The notes under the pieces are model-generated. The model had not been told where the DNA came from. It saw nothing but the letters and a program-made list of their open reading frames with translations, and made no database searches. A stretch of 64,000 nt of DNA from Macrostomum lignano (taxonomy: Eukaryota), in contig NIVC01002111.1 of assembly GCA_002269645.1 (NCBI GenBank), positions 7,099-71,098 on the forward strand, given 5' to 3'. The position numbers were made by a program, and so were the translations under genes. Shown here piece after piece: positions 1 to 12,000 of this stretch; position 1 is the first letter of the stretch; the number at the start of each line of letters is the position of its first letter.

Positions 1-3000
1 ATACGAGCTACTTACAGGTCAGAAATCGCAGCTCATGTTCTCCCAAATCTATCTCCCAGATCCCGCTCAGTTCTATGGCCCCAATCGCGGCCTGTTCGAA
101 GACAGCGCCGTGAAGCGCCAGGCCTACAGGCTGGACGCCAGCGGCTACGGCTGCACCCTGTTCGGCGGCGAGCGGCCCCGGTTCTACACCATCGGCAAGA
201 GCACTCGCCAGCTGCTGCTGTACCCGCTGCCAACTAATCAGGTTTGTACTAACTATTAGCTTTAGCTAATTGATATAGACTTTCCGCCATAGAATACCTC
301 AGGCTCTTTGCCAAATACTCTCTACCACAGGCTCTCAGCCATAGACTCTCTACCATAGACTCTCTACCATAGACACTATACCACAGGCTCTCAGCCATAG
401 ACTCTCTACCATAGACACTATACCATAGACTCTCTACCATAGACTCTCTACCATAGACTCTCTACCATAGACACTATACCACAGGCTCTCTGCCATAGAC
501 TATGGATTCCAATTCATACCATGACGCTTATATTTTGTCAGTGTCCCACGAAACCAGCTAGAGGCATCTCCCTCTTAAATTCTGTTTGAATTTCAGCAGC
601 AAAAGACCCAAGCCTCTCTAGCGGGTATGGCGGATTTGGCCGCCAGAGAAGCCAAGGTACAATGCGTACTTTAATTCCCTTTCCTTTAAGTTCTTCTATT
701 GTCCGTTTTTTATGCGTGCGTCACACAGTTTTAACCTTAGTTTTTAAAGGCACATTTGATGTTTCTTATTTTACCCCTCCCAATTTTGTAGGAAAACTTT
801 CTTGAAGAATTAAAGAAGGTATTTTTGTTGCCAAATTTGATTTCCTTAGTAACTTTTCTTAGAGTTTGAAGTTGATTTTTTGTTATAGTTGCATTTCTCT
901 GTCGAATTCACGAAGACAAAGTTATTTAATTAAATTTTAACTTGTTTAAGTTGTTTATTTTCAAATCGGTGCCAATTTTTCAAACCAGGCCGATATTTCC
1001 GAGGAAGAAAAACGACAGGTATACCATTAGATTATTTTCACTTGCACAAGTCAGTTTTGAAAATCATATTTAGTAAAAGAAGTATTGGCTCTGATTTGAT
1101 TTCTTGATATTTTATCAAGCGTCGTCCTTTTAATAATTTAAAACTTCTTTTTAGCTTCGAATCAAACAAGCAACTCTGCAACGGACGGAGGTATTTTTAG
1201 TAGCTAGCTCTTTTCTTTATTTTTTCTTCAACGGGCTAAAATGCTGGAAATACTACTGGAAGCATGTCACAGGCGTTTTTGCTTGAAAATAAAAAAATTA
1301 CCGAGTAATAAAAATTAACGTCAACTTCACTGTAACTTTCAACAATTGTAAGACTCAGCGCAGACTATCAGTGGACATTGGTAGCAGTTTGGCGCAACAG
1401 TCGGTAAGTTACTGCCCAGAATTGAATGCCAATTCAAGCAGAACTAGATTAAAGAAAATCACGGAAAATATTAACAAACTACGAGCACTTACATGTAGTT
1501 AGATTTGTTTTAATCATTCGAACACTTCAGACGGATCTTTACTTGCAAAAAATTATTCGATCAAAAATGTGACAATAATATTATTTCAGTTCATGGAACT
1601 TTACAAGAAGGTAAAATATTTATAAAAACCGTTTAAATTTGTTTTTGTTGATTATTTTTTTAATCAGTGCATGTTTAAATTTGCGAAACTTCTTCAGTAT
1701 TGAGGCATGCCAACAATTTATTATTCAAAGTAGTTTAATGTACAGACTTTAATTCCCACGCTAACTAAAATATCTGGACGATTTCTCATTTTTTATTCGT
1801 TTAGGCTAAACGAAGAATGTCAATGTTTGTTCAGAATATGCCCCAAGTCGCCCAGGTAACTATAATATTACGTATTGAACTGCACGTTTTTGTTTGAATT
1901 AAGTGCCAAATCAATATTAGTTAAATGAATTTGCTGGGATTTAGTGTTCAAAACTCCAATTCTGTTGTTCTGAATTTATGTTTCGTGTGTGTAGTCAAGC
2001 ATAATTAAACGAAAGAAAAAATGCTTGAATCAGGTCACAAAAAAGTGTCATCACAAAGACACCATTTTTTTGTTAAAATAGTTGAGAATAACGGCGCGGA
2101 GTTAAATCTAAATGTTATAATAACGATCACAAATTGGAACTCTAAAGTACATGTACTATGTACTTTTTTGCTACATGTGTACATGTATGTACGTTTGTCA
2201 CTAAAGCTTGAAAAGTACAGCAAACTACGTCAGGTAATTTATACAATTAACCTAATTCTACAATTGAAATTACTTATAAACCACCGTACCGCATCAACGC
2301 ATCAATTAATTCTGCCACCGCGAAGATTCATCGCAAACACGAGGAAGAATCGGTAAATAAATCTAACCAGCATGCACTTTATACGCTACTTAAAGTGGCA
2401 CAGAGGAAATATCGCTGAAAAACCTATTCTGTCGTTAAAAATCATGTTTAGATAGTGGATCAACCAATAGCTGAGCAGGCTCAAGAAGGGTTCGAAAATG
2501 TTGATGAGGTTTGTTTTAATCGACCTCGAACAGCAATTATTTAGCTCTGTATACTCACGTATGTCACTCGTTTGTTTAAAACGTTTTTTAATGAAAATCA
2601 CAGGCATTTTTTCCATCTCCGCAACTGCTTTTGTTGTCACCATTTTTGTCGATCGCGTCGTATGTTTAAAAGGTTATAAAAAGGTAAAATTTAATACAAA
2701 AAATGAAAACTCGATCCACACAGAAGGGACAGCAACCTCAGCAGCACTTTGAGTCTCAGAGATCTGTGACACCCGAATCTGAGGTCGCTTTCACTAGCAG
2801 AGGCCCGAAGTCCTCCGTTGACTTGACTGCCTCTCTGCCGCAACGACAGCAGCTGCAGGGGCGTCAGGGCACGGCCCTGTGGAGGCTCAGCATGGCCAGT
2901 GTCAGCAGGCACTTGGCTCAGCAGAGAGCTATTGAGGAGGCAGTGAACCAGCGCCCAGATGAGGTGTCCCCAGCAGCCCTTACAAAATTCTGTTTTTTAG

Positions 3001-6000
3001 GCGATCCAATTTATTTACAAGCTAATTAAAGCAAAGTTAAGCTTTTATGAGCCTTGATTGCAAAACTTCAAATTTGTGGGATGGAAAAATTGTATTTAAG
3101 CAACCAATTTATAACAAATCAACGTTTTCCATAAATTTATTTACTGCAATGGACCTGCGGGCTGTTGAAATTTTGCTTATTATTTTTTTACAATCTCTTT
3201 TTCACGTGTTGCTTTTTATTTATTTAAACAAATGCATACGCAATATCACGCAAATTTTAGAAGCAACAGATTTTGATTTATCGTTTTTTTGCATTTTGAT
3301 TTGCTTGAAGTATCTTCTCAAATCGCACACGAATGTTGGATCAAATGTACTTTGATTTTAACTTTAATTTGAATTTAATGCAAAACATACTCGTACCATA
3401 ATAAAATCGCAGGACGAAGTGCCCGAAGACCAGATTTTATCTGCTAACGTTGCCGCTTCTCCCGAAGTTTTTGCCGAGGACTCCGAGATGCAGCTGAAAA
3501 TTCATCTATCTAAGCTGGCTCTGCTGGTGTACGGTTGCGACGGTCACGTGACGGTGGTCGACTTAGAGAAGAATGCAAGTGATGCTTCTTTCTGTTGACC
3601 GTTGATCTGGAAATACACAGCTGACATCCACCCACGCCTCTGCCCCTCTGCCCTAGATAACTTCTTTCCCGCTCTTGCACGTACACCAGCTGACATCCAC
3701 CCCACGCCTCTGCCCCTCTGCCCTAGATAACTTCTTTCTCGCTCTTACACGTACACCAGCTGACATCCACCCCACACCTCTGCCCCTCTGCCCTAGATAA
3801 CTTCTTTCTCGCTCTTACACGTACACCAGCTGACATCCACCCACGCCTCTGCCCCTCTGCCCTAGATAACTTCTTTCTCGCTCTTACACGTACACCAGCT
3901 GACATCCACCCCACGCCTCTGCCCCTCTGCCCTAGATAACTTCTTTTCCGCTCTTACACGTACACCAGCTGATATCCACCCACGCCTCTGCCCCTCTGCC
4001 CTAGATAACTTCTTTTCCGCTCTTAGACGTACACCAGCTGATATCCACCCACGCCTCTGCCCCTCTGCCCTAGATAACTTCTCTCCCGCTCTCACTCCGA
4101 CACCCACCTCACACCTTCATTTGGTTACTATTATAATATTTACGTGCAGGAAGTCGCCGTCAAAGTGCGCGCCCACAGCTACACCAACGGTGGTGTGCTA
4201 TCCGCAGCATTGTCGCTTGACGGCAAGTCTCTACTAACTACCGGATACGACGGCAGCCTGTGCCGATTTTCTGTCAGGTGAGAATGGTGATTGGGAAGGA
4301 AGATAGAGAAGCAAGACGGGGAAGGAAGGTGGGAAAGAAAGATAGAAAGAGCCTGTAGCCAATAGCGATCTCCGCACATCGCACCTCGTCCACGTTCGCA
4401 CCCCCGCAGGCTGCCAGACGAGCTCTCCGCCAAATTTACCGACTGGGAGCTGGCCTTCAGCTCCGACCGGATGAGTGCCATCACCGCCGAGAACGAGGCA
4501 TCGGCCGGAATGCCGACGTGGACCCAGCCGACCGAACGGCCTGAACGACGAGTTTCCGAGTGCGATGACGACGGCGCGGCGTCTGGAACGTCCTCAGCTC
4601 GCCGGGTCTCGAACTCGACCTGGCTGCACGATCAGGAGCGCGAAGCCCTGGCAGAGGAGGATAGAAAATACGCCGACAAGAAGACCGAACTGCGCGACAG
4701 GCTGTCGGAGATGCGCAGCCACATCAAAGCCATGGTGGATAAAAATGCTGCCGAATCGGACGAGTTGGAGAGGCTCGATCCGCACGAGTTCGAGCTCGAC
4801 TTGGACGAGCAGGCCAAGTTCGGTCAGGAGACTGATAGTGAGGTGCGAAAGCATTCACCGTGTTTTCAAGTTCAAAGTTCAGAGGATTTTATTTAAGGGA
4901 ATGTTTTTGATGAGGATTTCCTAGGAATACAGAGGATCCAATGGATAGGGAGTTTCTAGGAATGGGAGAATCTCATTAGGGAGATTCTAGGAATGGGATA
5001 ATCTCATTAGGGAGATTCTAGGAATGGGAGAATCTTGTTATAGATTTTCTAGGAATGGGATAATCTTGTTAGGGATTGTCTAGGAATGGGATAATCTTGT
5101 TAGGGATTTTCTAGGAATGGGATAATCTTGTTAGGGATTGTCTAGGAATGGGATAATCTTGTTAGGGATTGTCTAGGAATGGGATAATCTTGTTAGGGAT
5201 TTTCTAGGAATGGGATAATCTTGTTAGGGATTTTCTAGGAAAGGGATAATCTTGTTAGGGATTTTCTAGGAATGGGATAATCTTGTTAGGGCTTTTCTAG
5301 GAATGGGATAATCTTGTTAGGGATTTTCTAGGAATGGGATAATCTTGTTAGGGATTTTCTAGGAATGCAGGAATCTCATTAGGGCTTTTCTAGGAATGGG
5401 ATAATCTTGTTAGGGCTTTTCTAGGAATGGGATAATCTTGTTAGGGATTTTCTAGGAATGGGAGAATCTTGTTAGGGATTTTCTAGGAATGGGAGAATCT
5501 TATTAGGGATTTTCTAGGAATGGGAGAATCTTGTTAGGGATTTTATAGGAATGCGAGAATCTCATTAGGGATTTATAGGAATGGGAGAATCTTGTTATAG
5601 AGTTTCTAGGAATGTAGGAATCTTATTAGGGATTTTATAGGAATGCGAGAATCTCATTAGAGATTTTCTAGGAATTACAGAATCGCATTTGATAGGGATT
5701 TTGAAAAGACGGGAGAATCCCATCGATGTGGATTAGGGAAAATATGAATGATTATCGCATGGCTCATCCGCTAACGCAGGTGGCCAGCGTTCGCAAGCGC
5801 ATCGGGCTGGAAAATCTGGCCAAGAAGTTCCTCGCCGAGGTCATAAAACGCGAATGCTGGGAAGAAATGGAGGTCAAAGGTCGCAGTATTGTAACGTTCG
5901 GCGCCCCCCTAGAGGTGTCGAACTACCCGCTGAGACCGCAGACTAAAGAAGAGCAGGATCGACTCGATCAGGTTGCCAAGCGGCGAGTGATAGAGATTCA

Positions 6001-9000
6001 GGAGGCCAAAGACAGGCGCGAGCTGCTGGACTCTCATAGCAAGGATCAGCAGGTAACTAAAGCGTTGGAAAAATTCTAATCAACACATTTTTGTTGCTTT
6101 TTTCATATGCTCCTACTTACGAGTCAGTGACAAGCAGTATTCCGCAGGTTTTTAAAGAATTTCATATTAATTATTACTTAAAAATATGAGAAAATGATAT
6201 AGTCTCGGTTGCCTTTTGCTAATATTTTTACTTACGAGTCTAGTGACGAGTAGTATTCCTCAGACATAAAGCTAAATCGTAGTTTACATGAAATTGCTAA
6301 CAACAATTCGTTACAATTTAAAGCCGCTGGAAGATGCCATTAAAACGCGATTCAACCTGAAGGTAAACGAATCAATGATGGTTAACTTCTTAGAATTTCT
6401 TGACTGGAAGAGTACTTATAAGGCACTGTTTTTAGTTTATACTTTCTTCTCTGTGTTGCACTCAATGCATTTAATTTATATGTTTTATGGAATATTAATT
6501 TATATTTGAAGTATTTTCTATTAATTAGAAAATAAAGGCGGTTATTACTTTTCCGCACGCACTGGTGCTGTTATGGGTGCACAAAACTCTTGTCGATGTT
6601 TTCTCCTTTAGATAAAAGTGCGTTTTATACTACTTGGATTGAAAGAAACTTTATATAAATCACGATTATCATTTTCATTTATTATGTCGAGATAAAATAA
6701 TAAATAACTAATTGTCTCTAAGTATATTTTAGTGTCATAAAATTTCTTGTTTTCATATAAACGCATATAATTGCTAAATTTATTTGAAGGCCGAAGGCGC
6801 CGATGAGGAGACCCAGGAGCAGCAGGAGGAGCAGGATTCTATCACTCTTCAGGGCAGTGCAGGTGAGAATAGCTGTTATGGTTGAAGTTTAATTAATATC
6901 TGTGTTACGAGTAGCATGCATTAAAGGCACATGCGGTTCTGGTGCTTTTGGCTTTTAATAATCCGCTTTGATGCTTGTATTCTACATTGTTTACATGTAC
7001 TTTTATACTTTTGTGCCCCTGTTTTTCCACAGAAAGTCCTGGTACACCTGTTCTCCCTCAGAAGTCCCTGGCACACCTGTTCTCCCTCAGAAGTCCCTGA
7101 CATCCCTGTTCACCGCAGAAGGGTTCCTGACACACCTGTTCTCCCTCAAAAGTTCCTGACATCCCTGTTCACCGAGAAGGGTTCCTGACACACCTGTTCT
7201 CCCTCAAAAGTTCCTGACATCCCTGTTCTCCACAGAAGGGTTCCTGACACACCTGTTCTCCCTCAAAAGTTCCTGACATCCCTGTTCTCCGCAGAAGGGT
7301 TCCTGACACACCTGTTCTCCCTCAAAAGTTCCTGACATCCCTGTTCACCTCAGAAGTCCCTTGCACCACTATTGAGTCTTTTACATGCACTAATCTGCAA
7401 TCGCTTCTAGTAAACAGTTTTAATTCGCTTGAATGATAAAATAGACTAATACATGTATCAAAGATTTATCTAAATATCACACTATCAGTTTAAATTTGAA
7501 TCATATTTTTTAGTTCAATTTCTTGGGTCATGGAAATTTTCAACTTCTCAGCCTTACCTAACTGAAAACCTTTGCATCGCTTATTAAAGATTGGGGGGAG
7601 TAGCAATATTCTATATAGTGTGCATTTAAGCTTGCCAGCTTAAACAATTTTAATCAAATTTTAATGATATGAAAATATGCAAATAGCCCACTATTATTAA
7701 CAAAAATATTCAAACTCGACTCTTTTCTCGAATCGTCAACAGTCATCACAGACAAGGCTTCAGGTAAATCTATTAACAAATTAATAAGTCTGGAAAATTA
7801 ACTAACAATGCTATTTCAAGTTTTTTCTTTGCTTTAAAATGCATTTCTAAAATATTCCGGAAAATTTTGCTCGTCAGAAAAAAGATACGTTACTAAAGCC
7901 GGCAGCTCTTAATTTTTACGTTGCTTCGGAATAGCTTTACTGGATTTCTTAGAAAATTGCAAAATTCACGAGAAAAGTACATTTAAATACTAACCTGTTG
8001 TTACTAAAAAGTCGATTTTTACTATTAAAATTAACAGACCACTCAGTAAGTAAATAAGACAAGTTTTAAAGTAAAACAATTATTAGCACTTTTTAAAATG
8101 TGAAGTATAACAAATATATTTACGATAAAGTTCATTAAAACATCATCGTTAAAGAATCACCTCGTTTTGAGTGATATCAAAGCGTGTACTAACTGAAAAC
8201 CATTTATCAACGAGCTCATAGTAAATGCAAATATGCCAAAAAGTTTTCAAAAAAATACTGTATGCCATTTTATTATTGACAATGTTGCAATTAAATATTT
8301 TTCAAAATTAAACAGCTAGCAAGTTACGGACAGTGTAACACCGTTATTATTTTTTATTTTTAGCTGAGCGATTCGGCATTCTCAAGTCGATGTTTTACTC
8401 GCAGTTTGAGCTGCACTCCCGGGAGCAGAAGATTAACCAGATTGTGCTTCTGCAGGTGAGCCAATTGTTTCTAATTAGTAAATACGCCATTTATTAATAA
8501 CAGGTCTGACATTTGAAGCTTGCATTCTTACGATTTCTTTCCTAAAAATCGCACTTATGGAACTCCCTGCAGGGTCGTCGTTGGATTTCCCTAAAAATAA
8601 AATAGAATTTTCCGGATTTCATATTTGGTGTTTCAGTGAAACCAAAATATAGAGGAATATTCTGTCATTGCCGTACATTGTATATGTACGGATTTCCCTC
8701 TATTGCATTGTATATTTCCAGGATTCCACGAATTTCCCGCAGGGATTTCCCAGATCTCACACAATGATGTCCCGAATTTGGCACAGGAATTCCCCAGAAC
8801 TCACACAGGGATTTCTCAAATATTGCACAGGGATTTCCCAGAATTCACTCTGGGTTTCCCTGCATATCTCGCATTTTGTCAAACGGGACTTCCCATAGAC
8901 TCGCACAAGAAAGACTTCCCATAGACTCGCACAAGAAAGACTTCCCATAGACTCGCACAAGAAAGACTTCCCATAGACTCGCACAAGAAAGACTTCCCAG

Positions 9001-12000
9001 AATTCACACAAGGATTCTCTAGAATTCACACCAGAGATTTTTGAGATTCCACACAGATTTCCGAGAACTCACACAAGGGTTTCCCGGAATTCTCACAGGG
9101 ATTCCCCAGAACTCACACAGGGATTTCCTAAATCTTGTACAGGGATTTCCCGGAATTGCCCCAGAGATTTCCCGGAACTCACCCAGGGATTCCCCAGAAC
9201 TCACACCAGGGATTTTCGAGATCCCACAGAGTTCTCAAGACTCACACTGGTATTTTCCAAAACTAAAAAAAGTATTTCTCGGATCTTTCACTACTTTTCT
9301 CCCACTAAATTTTCCTGAGACGACACAAGCAATGAACTAAACCTCAAACTCGCCAAACAACAACTCGAACCAGGACTCGATCCGGCACATCAAGACCGGC
9401 TTCAACAAGGCATTCAACGAAGTTTACAAGAAGAAAGACCAGGAGATGAGCAAAATTCGCGAAAGAAATTTGCGAGTAAAGAAGATCGTATCGGATCTGG
9501 GCTTGCCAACCGCCGTGTCGGATCCGAACTTTGTGGCCGTTGAGAAGCCCGAGCTGCTGTTCACTGTAAGCGACAGCGAGGTCACCGTTGAGAAATACTT
9601 GACGCCGGAGCAGCAGAAGAAGCTCGTAGAGGAGCGTCAAGCTGAGGAGGATCGACTCAGACGGGAGAGGCTGGACAACTGGCGAGAGCGCGGCCTGGAC
9701 AAGATGATGGGCGGAGTGCTGGAGGTGCACAAGGAGGACGAGCTCAAGAAGGACATTCCTAAGCCGGCGTTTATGATTAATAAGCAGGTGAGGGAATTGG
9801 TGAACAGGTGCATACATCGGAGAATCTGTGAATGGGTAAACCTGTGAATGGATGAACCTCTTAAAGGGATGAACCTGTGAATGGGTGAACCTGTGAATGG
9901 GTGAACCTGTGAATGGGTGAACCTGTGAATGGGTGAACCTGTGAATGGGTGAACCTGTGAATGGGTGAACCTGTGAATGGGTGAACCTGTGAATGGGTGA
10001 ACCTGTGAATGGGTGAACCTGTGAATGGGTGAACCTGTGAATGGGTGAACCTGTGAATGGGTGAACCTGTGAATGGATAAACCTGTGAATGGGTGAACCT
10101 GTGAACGGGTGAGCCTGTGAATGGGTGAACCTGTAAATGGGTACAAACTTGTGAATGGATAAAACTGTAAATTGTTAAATCTGTGGGTGTGTGAATCTTT
10201 GAATGGATAAACTTAGGAAACCGTGAACAAGTGAATATGTGTATATGTCAATTGATCAGACTGTGAAATAGTGAACCTGTAAATGGGTGAACCTGTGAAT
10301 GGGTGGATCTGCAAATTTTTTGAATTTGTGAACGTGGATAACGTCGGTGAACCGTTGATGAATCTGTGAAAATGTACATGGATAGCCACGATCACGTCCC
10401 AATGTCCACTGCAATTCCAGGAAACCGAATGGAACGAAGAGGAACGAAAAGCAGCCGAAGACTACGAGCGCCGGGTTCGGGAACTGCAAGAGGAGCGGGA
10501 GAAATATCGCAAGCAGCTCGAGGCCGAATTGAAGAAGCTGCAGGTGAGAAATTTCTCCCTTGTAGATACGCCAAACCACTTGATGTTTGAAACAAGACTG
10601 CAGATTTGGATTATCGACTTTAGGTGATCATTGAAATCGGCTGTCTCACAGGCGCCGTTTTGGGAATCTCAAAGTTGCCGATTTGGGAGTCTCAAAGGCG
10701 CCGTTTTGCGTGTCTTAAAGGCGCCAACTTGTGTGGCTCACTGGCGCCAATTTTTAGTGTCTCAAAGGCGCCGATTTGTGTGTCTCATAAGCGCCGATTT
10801 GGGAGTATCAAAGGCGCCGATTTGGGTGTCTCAAAAAGGCGCCAATTAGGGTGTCTCAAAGGCGCCGATCTGGGAGTCTTAAAGGCGCCAATTAGGGTGT
10901 CTCAAAGGCGCCGATTTGTGTGTCTCATAAGCGCCGATTTGGGAGTATCAAAGGCGCCGATTTGGGAGTCTCAAAGGCGCCAATTAGGGTGTCTTAAAGG
11001 CGCCGATCTGTATGTCTCATAAGCGCCGATTTAGGAGTATCAAAGGCGCCGATTTGGGTGTCTTAAAGGCGCCAATTTGGATGTCTCAAAAAGGCGCCAA
11101 TTAGGGTGTTTCAAAGGCGCTAATTCGGGTGTCTCAACGGCGCTAATTTGGGTGTCTCAACGGCGCTAATTTGGGTGTCTCACAGCACCAAATCGGGTGG
11201 CTCACAAGCGCCAAATTTGTGTGCCTCTAGGCGCCGCTTTGGGTGTCTCACAGACCGCCAACTTGATTTTAAATGCTAGCTTCTCAGATGTTTTTAATTA
11301 GCGCCAAACAAGCCAGACTCACCCAAAACGCTCACCTCGCGCACCGATTTCTAGGGCCTCACGGAGGACAACATGACGTCATTCGATCAGGAGCTCCGAC
11401 AGCTGTTCTCCCTCAAAGTCAAAACCCAGTCTGCTGTGGTGCACGAGGAGCTGAAGATCTACCGGCTGAGGCTGGCGTTGCTCATCGAGGAGGAGCTCAG
11501 CGTTCGCGAGCAGGAGCTCGCTAGCCAACTGACGAAGCGTCGAGCCGCCCTAGAGGATCTCGGACCCCTGATCGACCGCAGTCGCAAGCTGGTGAAGACC
11601 CAAGACGAGCAGATTCAATACGCCAAGTCCGACAACGAGTACATGGAGAAGAACTTCTCCGCTTTCAAGAAAGAATTTCCAGAAATTTCCGCAGCAATGG
11701 CCGACACGCTGCACAAAATGTACAAGAAGAAATTGCCCCAGTAAGTGTTGCCAACACATTATTACAATATAAATAGTAGCGTTACCTTGATTATGTCTTT
11801 TTTTAACTTAAAAAAGGCGGCGGCCCCTTTGATGTCCCGACACCGTTTCTTATCTCTCATTTTTAACTTGATAACGGCGGCCACTTTGATGTTCCGACAC
11901 CGTTTCTTATCTCTCATTTTTAACTTGATAACGGCGGCCACTTTGATGTTCCGACACCGTTTCTTATTTCTCATTTTAAACTTAAAAAGGGCGGTAAGAC

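Noticed and set aside
2673-2683. 11-nt candidate micro-exon GTTATAAAAAG
   Set aside because: Not a multiple of 3, so it would break the phase-0 series, and it would leave only a 40-nt downstream intron.
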